Assembly: GCA_035276505.1 (NCBI GenBank)
Contig: DATELO010000191.1
Span: 1 to 52,266, forward strand
Direction of reading: 5' to 3'
DNA from: Candidatus Nitrosocosmicus sp.
GTDB taxonomy: Archaea; Thermoproteota; Nitrososphaeria; Nitrososphaerales; Nitrososphaeraceae
DNA length: 52,266 bases
Below the pieces are notes generated by a model that saw nothing but the letters and a program-made list of their open reading frames with translations, did not search any database and had not been told where the DNA came from. A program made the position numbers and the translations under genes. Every line of letters begins with the position of its first letter. The stretch's first letter is position 1. Below are positions 39,371 to 49,112 of the stretch, one piece after another.

Positions 39371-40486
39371 CTACTTTAAAACTCTTGGAACCAAATTAGC
39401 TTTAACACAGCTATCCAGCAGTAGTATTCCGACGATACTGTCGACGACAGGTGGCGCCCTTGGAACAACACAAGGATCGTGCCTTCCCGTCACAATCAAA
39501 TTTGACTCTTTCATTTCTTTCAGATCTATAGTCTTTTGTGTTTTAGGAATAGACGCGGCAGGTTTAAAGGCGATTCTAAATATCAGGGGCATTCCATCAG
39601 TAATCCCGCCTAATATCCCACCAGAATTATTAGACTGGGTCACGATGGATCCATCGTCTCTATTTATGGTAAATGAATCGTTATTTATTGAACCTCTTAA
39701 TGTAGTACCGGTAAAACCACTTCCAAATTCCACTCCCTTTACTGCAGGAATGCTAAACAAACCTTTTGCAATTTCTGACTCAATTGACTCAAAGATAGGC
39801 TCTCCCAGACCTGCAGGAACCCCTTTTACAACACACTCGATTATTCCCCCAAGTGAATCTCCATCTCTCCTTGCAGATAATATCTCCTCTTTCATTTTAG
39901 CGGACACTATCTTATCAGGACAACGAACCTCATTCAGATATCTGTCAGACTTAAGAGTGCTGAATGAAATATTTTGAGTATCCAAATCTATATTTCCAAT
40001 TGATTTTGTATAGCTGGCAATTTCAATATTGAGATAGTTTTTTAAAATTTTTAATGCAATCGCTCCTCCCATAACAATAGTCGCAGTTAGTCTACCGGAA
40101 AATCGACCGCTGCCTCTATAATCATTAAAGCCACCATACTTCACAAATCCCGTGTAATCCGCATGACCGGGCCGTGGTTTTGTTCTAAATTCCTCATACG
40201 ATCTTGAATCTGAATCAGTATTCCAAATCAACATGCAGATAGGGGCTCCTGTGGTGTAGCCCTCAAAAACTCCGGTCAAAATGCTAACTGTATCAGCCTC
40301 CTTTCTCTGGGTCGTGATATTGGATTGGCCAGGTTTTCTCAGATCAAGCATTGGTTGGATATCTGCCTCAGATAATTTTAGTCCAGCAGGGCATCCGTCT
40401 ACTACTGCTCCAATACACTTGCCATGACTTTCTCCAAAACTTTGTAGAGTAAAATTATTACCAAGGATGTTTGATGGCATGATCAA
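39371..40486 (-). CDS. aroC: Chorismate synthase
   Basis: FGESHG, RPGHAD, S.R.T, GDS.GG, NNSGGILGG, GRHDPC. Confidence 0.97.
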   Translation of the reverse strand: MIMPSNILGNNFTLQSFGESHGKCIGAVVDGCPAGLKLSEADIQPMLDLRKPGQSNITTQRKEADTVSILTGVFEGYTTGAPICMLIWNTDSDSRSYEEFRTKPRPGHADYTGFVKYGGFNDYRGSGRFSGRLTATIVMGGAIALKILKNYLNIEIASYTKSIGNIDLDTQNISFSTLKSDRYLNEVRCPDKIVSAKMKEEILSARRDGDSLGGIIECVVKGVPAGLGEPIFESIESEIAKGLFSIPAVKGVEFGSGFTGTTLRGSINNDSFTINRDDGSIVTQSNNSGGILGGITDGMPLIFRIAFKPAASIPKTQKTIDLKEMKESNLIVTGRHDPCVVPRAPPVVDSIVGILLLDSCVKANLVPRVLK

Positions 40487-40574
40487 AAACCTTTTCGTAA
40501 CTCTGTTATATTATTATTCTCAAAGTCTCTATTTGAATTCAACGATGATTAATGGATATAAAATCATTTTAATT

Positions 40575-41975
40575 CTACCGTTCTAAAAACTGGATATTTG
40601 CTCCCAAGCCTTTTAGGTCATCAACAAACTGCGGATAAGAGACATCAACAGATTCGGCACCTTCTATCGATGAATTTTCTGTTGCCAAGCCCGCAATTGC
40701 AAACGCCATAAACAATCTGTGATCATTGAAAGATTCAACTTTTGCACTTTTTATGTGAGATGGTGACTGTATTCTTATGGAATCTACTTTTTCATTAATA
40801 GATGCTCCAAATTTTGAGAGTTGTGTTGCAACATTAGCAACACGATCAGTTTCTTTAAATCTCGCATGTGATATCCCTTCAATTTGAGTCTCACCATTTG
40901 CAACCAACGACAAAACTGCCAAAACGGGTAACAAGTCAGGTGTTTTTGTAAGGTCAAAAATACCACCATGTAGTCTGCAGTTGCCATCCACTTTCACACT
41001 TCCATTTAGTTTATCAACATGTATCTGGCCGCCCATTTCTCTAATGATATCAATTATGGCCATGTCTCCTTGAGGTACATCAAAATCTAGCCCATTTATT
41101 GTTAGATGCCCTTTAGACAAAAATGCAGCAGACATTAACAAAGACGCTGTAGAAAAATCTCCAGGCACAGTAAAATTCTCTGCATTATATTCAAGATTTG
41201 GAGGAATAAAATATTCTTCTGTTACCGGATTTGCAACATCTTGATCCAAATTTCCAAAACGTTTCTGCTTATTTGACTTTTGATAATCTAAAACCGTTCT
41301 CTCTTTTTGAATATCTACTCCAAAGTATTTCATAACATGGAGTGTTGATTCAATGTAGGGCTTTGAGACTTGTTTACCCAACACTTGAATAGTAATACCT
41401 TTTTTTGAAAAAATACCAGACAAAAGCAAAGAAGAGATAAACTGACTAGAAGTCTGACCACTGATTTGAGTGATACCTCCTTCAATTCCACCACCTTTTA
41501 CAATAACTGGTGGCAAATAATTTGAATTAGCAGAAAAACAGTTTACCCCTAGTTGGTTAAGTGATTTTATTAAATCACCCATGGGTCTTTTTCGCAAACT
41601 ATCATCTCCTGTTAAGACACTATAGCCTTGAGGTACTAGAGCACAGGCCGAGGTTAGCAATCTGATTGTTGTGCCAGAATTATCCGCCGGCAATACATCA
41701 TTGGGGGTGGAGAAACCATCATGCCCACCCTTACTGCTTACCGTAACATTATCGATATTCTTTTCAAAATTGTTTGAGGAAGACATCTTTAGATCAACTC
41801 CGAGCATTTTACAACAATTCATAGTTGCCCTAGTATCCCTAGAGAGTAATACATTCTTAAGCAATGATCTTCCCACTGCAAGGCTTGAAATGATTAAAGC
41901 CCTGTGGCTATAACTTTTACTGGAAGGACATTGAATTATCCCAGATATATTTGACTTCTTTACAATAACCTTCAT
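40575..41975 (-). CDS. aroA: 3-phosphoshikimate 1-carboxyvinyltransferase
   Basis: SKS.SHR, NSGTT.R, GD.SL.KRPM, SSQFIS, R.KETDR, DHR, SYP.F. Confidence 0.96.
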   Translation of the reverse strand: MKVIVKKSNISGIIQCPSSKSYSHRALIISSLAVGRSLLKNVLLSRDTRATMNCCKMLGVDLKMSSSNNFEKNIDNVTVSSKGGHDGFSTPNDVLPADNSGTTIRLLTSACALVPQGYSVLTGDDSLRKRPMGDLIKSLNQLGVNCFSANSNYLPPVIVKGGGIEGGITQISGQTSSQFISSLLLSGIFSKKGITIQVLGKQVSKPYIESTLHVMKYFGVDIQKERTVLDYQKSNKQKRFGNLDQDVANPVTEEYFIPPNLEYNAENFTVPGDFSTASLLMSAAFLSKGHLTINGLDFDVPQGDMAIIDIIREMGGQIHVDKLNGSVKVDGNCRLHGGIFDLTKTPDLLPVLAVLSLVANGETQIEGISHARFKETDRVANVATQLSKFGASINEKVDSIRIQSPSHIKSAKVESFNDHRLFMAFAIAGLATENSSIEGAESVDVSYPQFVDDLKGLGANIQFLER

Positions 41976-42419
41976 TATCGCAACCTGTCTTAATTACTAT
42001 TCACTACATTAGTATCACTAAAATTTTTCAAGATATTCAATTCATATTTTTTATTCATGGCCTAATAAATATTATGATCAGTATTTCTTGGAGTTTGCAA
42101 AGAACTAACTCGCAAAAGAGTCGGGCAAGCTCCAAAAATCTCGGCTTAATTATTTTTTGATATGCCTAAGGTTACTTGTATCCATTTACCCAAGCGGTGT
42201 GATGAAGTGTCAATTAGATTGTAATTAGAAATTTGATTTCATAATGCTTCTGTAAAAATCTCTGTAAATGATTCTAGTCTTTTAAGGCTGGACTTTGCTA
42301 TTATATTGATTAGAAACAATCAATTAAACGCATTGAATTTTTGAAATGCATTCGTTAGAGTTACTTTTTTAATATATTAATTTCAGCCCGGCATAGTGGT
42401 AAAGAAAATGTTCATCTTT

Positions 42420-43289
42420 CTAAAATGCAGTAGATTTGGTATTGTTTGCTTTTGTATGAATTACTTTTCCAGCTAGTTTTTCAAAAGAATTTTTTAGATT
42501 CTCTACATTATCTTTATGAACAACCGATGCAATAGCAGGTCCATTACCAGAATAGCTAACGCCCAAACAATTATTTTCCAAAGCCTTGATGGCAGGAAGG
42601 TAATTGTTATATAGAATCGAGTTGGTAACAACTCCATTCAAATTCATAGCTTTCCAATAGTCACCTTTTAGTGCCAACCTAAACGCATGATTGAACAGCT
42701 CCTTCTGATAGGTCAGGTTTTTTACCTCTCCCCTAGCCACTCCGGTAGGCAGAAAGATTAATACATGCAAGTCTTCATTTACTGGATCCCTTCTGATTAA
42801 TTTTTTATAGTGATTATCTGTTAATACCAAGCCGCCATAGTAACAACCACACGCATCATCATACGCTCCAGTTATACTTACTTTGGCCCAAAGTGATGAG
42901 TTTACTGCGGTATTTAGAACTGACCTGTCGTATATCTTGTCATTCAAAAGTTTGTAACATGCTAGGGATACTGCATTTGAAACTGCGCTTGAACTTTTCA
43001 GACCCCACCCTGCAGGAATCTCAGAATTTAGATTTATTGATATAAAGTGATTCTTGATTAAATTATTCGGTAAGATAGTTCGAATTATCCTATTGACTAG
43101 CTTGTCGTTGACAAAATTACGTGATATTCCCGTATGACCAGGTTCTAATGTAATTCTTACAGTTACCCTCAGCGATATACCCAATGTCGAGCCTTTTCCA
43201 GTGGCAATTGCATTTACAATTGATACTGCACCATACATTGTTGCGGTTGCAGATAGTGTCATCTTATTTTGGCTCACCAAAGATTCCAA
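42420..43289 (-). CDS. aroK: Archaeal shikimate kinase (GHMP family)
   Basis: GA.SIVNAIATGKG, SEIP.G.GLKSSSA, TGAYDDA, SGNGP; start may be 43263. Confidence 0.93.
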   Translation of the reverse strand: MESLVSQNKMTLSATATMYGAVSIVNAIATGKGSTLGISLRVTVRITLEPGHTGISRNFVNDKLVNRIIRTILPNNLIKNHFISINLNSEIPAGWGLKSSSAVSNAVSLACYKLLNDKIYDRSVLNTAVNSSLWAKVSITGAYDDACGCYYGGLVLTDNHYKKLIRRDPVNEDLHVLIFLPTGVARGEVKNLTYQKELFNHAFRLALKGDYWKAMNLNGVVTNSILYNNYLPAIKALENNCLGVSYSGNGPAIASVVHKDNVENLKNSFEKLAGKVIHTKANNTKSTAF

Positions 43290-44187
43290 ACAGTGCTTGT
43301 TTCATTATTTCCCTCGGCGCCTTCAATCCTGTCCAAATTTCAAACGCCTTATATCCTTGAGATAGTAACATCTCATATCCAAATATGATTTTGGCACCTG
43401 CTTTTTTAGCATTATCAATCAAATCGGTGTTAATCGGTTTATACACAATATCAAAAACAACGGAATTCTTGCAAATAAAATCTGATTTTATAGGACTTTT
43501 TTCTCCTTGAAGCCCCATGGAGGTAGTATTAATGATTAGACCAGAATTCCTAGTCACTTCTGATAATCTAGTCGTATCCTCAAATTCAAAAGGGATACAA
43601 TTTAACTTCAAATCTCTTCCTAAACGGATAATCTTGTTCAGCTTATTTTGATCTCTATTGAAGATACTTATAGAATTAATTCCTTCTTTTTTTGCCAATC
43701 CGACAAGAGCAGCTCTACAAGAACCGCCGGCCCCTAAAATCAATACATTAAGGTCTTCAAAACTAGAAATTCTTTTTTCAATAGGTTCTAAAACTCCATC
43801 GATGTCTGTATTATATCCAACAAGTACACCATTCTCGTTATTTACTGTATTGACAGAGCCCGCAATCAAAGCTTCATCACTGAGCTTGTCTAGTAACTTT
43901 ACGATCTCAACTTTGTGAGGAATGGTAACATTAAACCCTGCTATTCTTATTTTTCTCATCGATTCAACAGCAACTTCAAGTTCATCTGCTGGAACTTTAA
44001 ATGCAATATATGAATAATTAAGATTTACATGTCTGAAGGCTGCGTTTTGCATCAGCGGTGAGAGAGAATGCTCAATGGGGTTTCCGATGATACAAAATGC
44101 TTTGGACGCAATATCAGCTTCTCTATTTGCTACTGGTGAAGGTTTAGTTCCAATGCCACTCATATAGACGTACACGCTTCTAACCAC
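43264..44187 (-). CDS. aroE: Shikimate dehydrogenase
   Basis: HSLSP.MQN, NVTIPHK, VNT, NTD..G, GAGG, DIVY.P, ML..Q...F..W; true start probably a little downstream (e.g. ATG 44163). Confidence 0.95.
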   Translation of the reverse strand: MVRSVYVYMSGIGTKPSPVANREADIASKAFCIIGNPIEHSLSPLMQNAAFRHVNLNYSYIAFKVPADELEVAVESMRKIRIAGFNVTIPHKVEIVKLLDKLSDEALIAGSVNTVNNENGVLVGYNTDIDGVLEPIEKRISSFEDLNVLILGAGGSCRAALVGLAKKEGINSISIFNRDQNKLNKIIRLGRDLKLNCIPFEFEDTTRLSEVTRNSGLIINTTSMGLQGEKSPIKSDFICKNSVVFDIVYKPINTDLIDNAKKAGAKIIFGYEMLLSQGYKAFEIWTGLKAPREIMKQALFGIFGEPK

Positions 44188-44357
44188 TATCCGTATTTAA
44201 TTCAATTTGCTACTGTTCTGACTACATGCATGACTCATTGATCAGATGAATCCACCAAAACCTGCCTTGGCTAAAGAAAGTGTGTGCATGTATATTTACA
44301 GAATTTCTTGTGGGACTGTATGTGCTAGAAGTATTCCTCCTTATACATTTGAAATTC

Positions 44358-45089
44358 TTAGATCAGCTTGGCCTCAAATAATTTTTCAAACATTTTCATT
44401 TGCTCTATTGTCATTTGTCCAGGAGCAATTGCAGTACCTAAGGAAGCATAGGTAAATGGAGCATCGCCTGTCACAGTACACAAAATTCTGCTGATAGCAC
44501 CAGCTTCTCCCATTGCAAATGCAACCAGATTTATATGAGTATCCACAAATTTGTATAAACTTAGGATATTAATAGAATCATCGATGTTTTTAGCTGTGGT
44601 AACAACCTTTAGATAAGGACTATAAACTCGCATCTTGTTAACTAAAGTAATCAATTCATCTTGGTCAGGAGTACTTGCAAAATCATGCCAAGATACTAAA
44701 ATTCGAGTGTTACTATTCTCAACAATATCAGCTAGCAAATCATTGTTAGAAACAAGATCATATTCAACGTCTACAAAAAGAGGCTTGGCATCTATTAATT
44801 TTTGAAGCAGAGATATGCGCTGAGTATGATCATTGCTAAATTTACCCCCTTCATTTTCTGGTCTCAGGGTGTATACACTAAGATTCTTGTACTTTGATAA
44901 TACCTGTAGGTAGTGGTCAATTCGGTTAAAGTCACTAATAAAATCAAACCTACACTCAATCATTTCCGCACCCTTTTGAATTGCTTTTTCTATATCTCTG
45001 AGTGGTGATTCCAATTCGTTGTTCAATTTGGACTGGTCATTAATAATAGGAATAGATACACATATCTTTTTTCTATTTCTTGGCAACAA
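44358..45089 (-). CDS. aroD: Type I 3-dehydroquinate dehydratase
   Basis: E.R.D, TLRP..EGG, D.E, SWHDF..TP, K, AMG..G..SR, APGQ. Confidence 0.93.
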   Translation of the reverse strand: MLPRNRKKICVSIPIINDQSKLNNELESPLRDIEKAIQKGAEMIECRFDFISDFNRIDHYLQVLSKYKNLSVYTLRPENEGGKFSNDHTQRISLLQKLIDAKPLFVDVEYDLVSNNDLLADIVENSNTRILVSWHDFASTPDQDELITLVNKMRVYSPYLKVVTTAKNIDDSINILSLYKFVDTHINLVAFAMGEAGAISRILCTVTGDAPFTYASLGTAIAPGQMTIEQMKMFEKLFEAKLI

Positions 45090-45179
45090 ATTAAAAATGT
45101 CATTCGTATTTATAATTCATTTGTACCAAATCCAAGATGTTTGCGGTGCCATATTATTGAATAGAATTTAAAACTCAAT

Positions 45180-45977
45180 TTATGAATTATCGGGATTCTG
45201 AATTCGAAGCCTGATGATTAAAATGCCGATCAAATATAGTACTAGCATGGGAACAGAGATAAACCACATTGTAATCCCGCTCCCATCAGGTGTAATTATC
45301 GCACCAAAGATTATGATAATTAGTAAGGCAAATTTGAAATTCTTAATCCAAAAATTTAATCCCACAAGCCCGCTGTAAGAAAGAAAAAACATTATCAGAG
45401 GAAGCTGAAATGAGATTCCAAATGCAATGAAAAATTGTAAAATGAAATTTATAAAGTCTGAAATATTTAAAAAAGTTAATACTCCTATCGTTTCCCCATA
45501 TTGATACAAAAAAGTAAGTGTTATGGGGATGGCTAAATAAAATGAAAATATTATGCCGGCAAAAAATAAGGTAGCAGTTGGCAAGATAATAGTTGCTACT
45601 ACCTTACGTTTACTCGTCAGAGACATTGCAGGACTAATAAAAGCCAGAATTTCTCTTGCAATAAGTGGCACAGCACAAGAGATTGACAAAAGTATTGCAA
45701 CGTAGATTTGCGCATAAAGGGCCTGCCCTGGGGCTGTTTGAATGAGATCTACCTGTGAAGGTACTAGACTATTGCTCAAAAAGAGTGTCACCTGGCTGGC
45801 TATATTACCGTAAACAGTTGGAACAAGAAAGTAAAAAGAAAAACCACCGACGGTCACCAACTGAATCCCAAAAACGGTACATACTACCATTATTGCTATT
45901 GTGATAACAATAATCTTTAAGAAGCGATTTCTAAGCTCCTTCAAGTGGTCAATAAACAGCATATCTCCAGGCGTCAT
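45180..45977 (-). CDS. tatC: Twin-arginine translocase subunit TatC
   Basis: HL.ELR.R, FISPA, FG.SFQLP, AIITPD, PM..LY; six hydrophobic segments. Confidence 0.93.
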   Translation of the reverse strand: MTPGDMLFIDHLKELRNRFLKIIVITIAIMVVCTVFGIQLVTVGGFSFYFLVPTVYGNIASQVTLFLSNSLVPSQVDLIQTAPGQALYAQIYVAILLSISCAVPLIAREILAFISPAMSLTSKRKVVATIILPTATLFFAGIIFSFYLAIPITLTFLYQYGETIGVLTFLNISDFINFILQFFIAFGISFQLPLIMFFLSYSGLVGLNFWIKNFKFALLIIIIFGAIITPDGSGITMWFISVPMLVLYLIGILIIRLRIQNPDNS

Positions 45978-46094
45978 GTATCCTAGAATGATATAAGGTA
46001 AAAATAAAAAATATAAACTATGCTTAAAAATTATAGATTTTCATTAAAAGAAATTTTACTTTTAAACGTTTTATTGAAGAGGTAGTGGGGTATT

Positions 46095-46126
46095 AAAAAA
46101 AAGAAGTGGGTGGGTGGCTTTGAGCC
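46095..46126 (-). terminator. Putative terminator after the DNA methyltransferase gene
   Basis: On the - strand: GGCT-CAA-AGCC mini-hairpin directly after the stop, a C-rich stretch, then T8. Confidence 0.45.
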
Positions 46127-47002
46127 CTAGACAACATGTGAAGCTATTTTTTTCCAGTTTGCAATTAGAGCTTCAGGTCTAATATGGAGCTCTTCGCTAG
46201 TCATTCGTGACTTGGCCAAATCTACGTATTCCTGTTTGATATCCATACCCAGAAAATGTCGATCCAAATTGTATGCAACTTTCGTAGTTTGACCGCTCCC
46301 ATTAAACGGATCTAATACGACATCTCCATTATAAGAATAAATTTTCATTAACCGATACGGTATTTCTTCTGGAAAAGGACATGGATGATTGATATATCCT
46401 GGGGGAACGGGGGCTATGTGCCAAACTGAGTTGGCAATTTCTTTAGTCCATTCTTCATGAGTTGCGGGGAGTACTTCTCTTCTTTGGTTACGCCCGCTTT
46501 TGACATCTCCTTTGCGCAATACAAGAATAAACTCATGCATAATATTTGCTCGATAATATTTGGGATAGGGATTTATTACAAATGAACCATATCGGTTAGT
46601 ACCGCCAGTTACTTTGTGCCATATTATCTCTTCATGCAAATTCCAATTTCCGCTAGGATTTACAAGCCTGGATAAAAGAAGATGAGGCAATGGAATCAAT
46701 GTTCCGTTAACAACTTCATTTGCAATGACTACGCAACAATAGCCACCTTCCTTAGTTACTCTATAAACTTGATCGTTGAAAACTGATACCATACTATCTA
46801 AGTATTCTTCCAATGTGACTTTGGTAACACCCCTATAGTATTCAGAATTTTTTTTGGATGCATGCAAGTCATAATCAATTGCGTTTCCATAAGGAGGTGA
46901 TGTGATAGTTAATTGAACCGTATTAGCGGGGATATTTTTTAATAATTTATTACAATTTCCCAATAATATTTTATCATAAATTGATTCAGGTCTTACTAGC
47001 AC
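46127..47002 (-). CDS. Site-specific DNA methyltransferase, beta class (probably N4-cytosine)
   Basis: Motif IV TSPPY precedes motif I LDPFNGSGQT; IIW.K, HE.I, W.I, HP.PFPEE. Confidence 0.9.
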   Translation of the reverse strand: MLVRPESIYDKILLGNCNKLLKNIPANTVQLTITSPPYGNAIDYDLHASKKNSEYYRGVTKVTLEEYLDSMVSVFNDQVYRVTKEGGYCCVVIANEVVNGTLIPLPHLLLSRLVNPSGNWNLHEEIIWHKVTGGTNRYGSFVINPYPKYYRANIMHEFILVLRKGDVKSGRNQRREVLPATHEEWTKEIANSVWHIAPVPPGYINHPCPFPEEIPYRLMKIYSYNGDVVLDPFNGSGQTTKVAYNLDRHFLGMDIKQEYVDLAKSRMTSEELHIRPEALIANWKKIASHVV

Positions 47003-47079
47003 AAACTACTCTTCTGCAAAGAGGCCATAATCTTAATACTCTAAAAATGTAAACTGATTGATAAAAAAAATTAACAAAT

Positions 47080-48321
47080 TTATTTTTCAAGGATGTATTC
47101 ATTTGATACCTCCATACCAAAATGCCTGCCAGTTGGTGGTTTAGAATAAACTAAAATAGAATCTCCTCTCTTAGCATGAGTAACTGGAAGAATGCTACCA
47201 TCTTTTCCTAGGAATCTTATTGTTTCTGCATTCTGTACTATAATACTACCATACTCTTTTTCATTGATTTTGGCTTTAAATAATTTCAAAGGTCTCGACT
47301 CAATTTTTGCTCTTCCAACACCTACGACTCTTCCAACCCCTCTGTCATTTACAATGTAAACTTGGCTACCAGATTCTAGTTCGGATAGGTAATTTGTAGT
47401 TCCCCCGGGAATTATGGTATAACAATGAACAGCTCCTGCATTAACTCTGAAGGGTCGAGGAGAAGTAAAAGACGAACCAATAGATTCATTATGGACAAGA
47501 AACAGGAAATTTGACCTATTACCAACCAACATTCCTTCTCCTTGGCTAAGCATTGAAATGGTATCGATACAGACTCTTTCCCCCATTCCAACATCAACTA
47601 TCTCCTCAATTACTGCAGGCTTTATTTCGAATGTGGATTTGTTAATGATACTACTGACTTGCTTTAATTCATCTGAAGTGTTGACAGAGATTATAACTCC
47701 ATCAACTCCCAGTTCCAATATTGTGAAAAGGGTCTCTACTTCATCAATTGACTTGGCAACAGCAAAAATTTCAATAGATGTACTTTGAAGCGAGGCAATT
47801 ATGTTTTCAAGAGGAATTATTCTCCAATCTTCTAAATCGATAATTACAAAGCTCAAATTTTTAGAAATCAGGTAGTCTTTAATTTCGTTAATGTCTTCGT
47901 TACTTTTGACCTTTTTGTAAATTCCATACTTTAAAGGGACTGAATCTTTCTCTCCCAAAGTGGGTGAGGTCGTTAGTGGGGTGGAGGTAGATGGGGATGA
48001 AGAATTTGAAATTTCTTGAGTTTTATAATCTACAATCACATAGTCGGCATTCTTTGAATTAAAAATTAACTTTCCTCCAAAGGACTCTGCTTTCGCTTTG
48101 TCAATCGAGGTTAACTCCGAAGGGTTGATGAATATTAAATCAACTTGGTCTCTGACTTCGTTGACAAGACTCACGAATTTATCAAGCTCATTTTCGTTCA
48201 AGTTTTCTGACAATATTGACAAATCAGAATCATAGTATCCTGCTGGTTTGAGTATAATCTTTTTATTTTGATTTTCTTTTGTTTTTTCCAAGCTTGGATT
48301 GTTCATTATAATCCTTCTCAA
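47080..48321 (-). CDS. aroB': 3-dehydroquinate synthase II (archaeal AroB')
   Basis: DW.IIPLEN.IA, LE.GVDG, G.RVC.DT, GEG.LVG, RPFRVNAG.VH.Y, YLSEL, QNAETI, RHFG; likely start ATG 48306. Confidence 0.95.
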   Translation of the reverse strand: MRRIIMNNPSLEKTKENQNKKIILKPAGYYDSDLSILSENLNENELDKFVSLVNEVRDQVDLIFINPSELTSIDKAKAESFGGKLIFNSKNADYVIVDYKTQEISNSSSPSTSTPLTTSPTLGEKDSVPLKYGIYKKVKSNEDINEIKDYLISKNLSFVIIDLEDWRIIPLENIIASLQSTSIEIFAVAKSIDEVETLFTILELGVDGVIISVNTSDELKQVSSIINKSTFEIKPAVIEEIVDVGMGERVCIDTISMLSQGEGMLVGNRSNFLFLVHNESIGSSFTSPRPFRVNAGAVHCYTIIPGGTTNYLSELESGSQVYIVNDRGVGRVVGVGRAKIESRPLKLFKAKINEKEYGSIIVQNAETIRFLGKDGSILPVTHAKRGDSILVYSKPPTGRHFGMEVSNEYILEK

Positions 48322-49060
48322 ATATTATAGAATGTAAGGCTTTTATTATTTCATTAGGCCTTTTATGTTGGAAAATATTTCTACCAAACGTTACTCCAAT
48401 TGCTCCTGCGTTCATTGAATCTCTACACATTTGCAATATTTCTGAATCTGTGTTGGATTTTGGACCTCCTGCAATGACAATTGGAACAGGACAGCTTTTT
48501 ACTACGTCTCTAAAAGAATTGGGATCACCTGTATAAACCGTCTTTACAATATCTGCTCCTGCTTCTGCTCCTATTCTTGCTGCATGAGCTACAATAGAGG
48601 GTTCATGAGGATTTTTAATGTTTTCACCCCTTGGATACATCATTGCTATTAAGGGAATATTCCATTCATTACATTCGTCTGCAACTTGGCCAAGTTTATA
48701 TAACATTTTAGGCTCCTCTTTTGAGCCTATGTTTATATGCAATGATACACCATCGGCACCTAGTCTTATTGCTTCCCTTACAGATCCCATCAATATCTTG
48801 TTATTCGCATCAGGGCCGAGAGATGTAGCAGCAGACATGTGCGCTATAATGCCAATCTTAGGCGGAGTTCTGAGTGCCTTAATTATGCCCTTGTTTATAA
48901 GAAAACATGTCAAACCAGAATCTTGGGTTTGTTCAATCAAATTTCCTATATTCTTGATTCCATCAATAGGTCCGCTGCTAATCCCGTGATCTAAAGGGAT
49001 ACAGAGCATCTTTCCGTTCGTCAGAATTCGACCAAGTCTTATATCTTTCCCAAGGACCAT
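48263..49060 (-). CDS. aroA': 2-amino-3,7-dideoxy-D-threo-hept-6-ulosonate synthase (AroA', DhnA-type aldolase)
   Basis: PLDHG...GP, A..LGAD.VS.H.N.G, MMYPRG, GADIVKT.Y, AGG.K, GRN.FQ; adjacent to aroB'. Confidence 0.92.
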   Translation of the reverse strand: MVLGKDIRLGRILTNGKMLCIPLDHGISSGPIDGIKNIGNLIEQTQDSGLTCFLINKGIIKALRTPPKIGIIAHMSAATSLGPDANNKILMGSVREAIRLGADGVSLHINIGSKEEPKMLYKLGQVADECNEWNIPLIAMMYPRGENIKNPHEPSIVAHAARIGAEAGADIVKTVYTGDPNSFRDVVKSCPVPIVIAGGPKSNTDSEILQMCRDSMNAGAIGVTFGRNIFQHKRPNEIIKALHSIIFEKDYNEQSKLGKNKRKSK

Positions 49061-49112
49061 AATAAAAGAAAAATTAAGTTCCTATTTAAAAGTGATATGG
49101 TTAGAATAAGTT

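Noticed and set aside
42090-42135. Cyclic-dinucleotide (GEMM) riboswitch identity for the hairpin
   Set aside because: GCAAA-like words occur but the tetraloop/receptor two-stem architecture is not evident; kept only as an unassigned structure
44246-44455. 69-aa + strand ORF between aroE and aroD
   Set aside because: Overlaps the aroD 3' end in antisense; no motif
46081-46117. G-quadruplex-like G runs
   Set aside because: Only three tracts of 3 or more G with a long A-rich loop; better explained as the reverse complement of a terminator region
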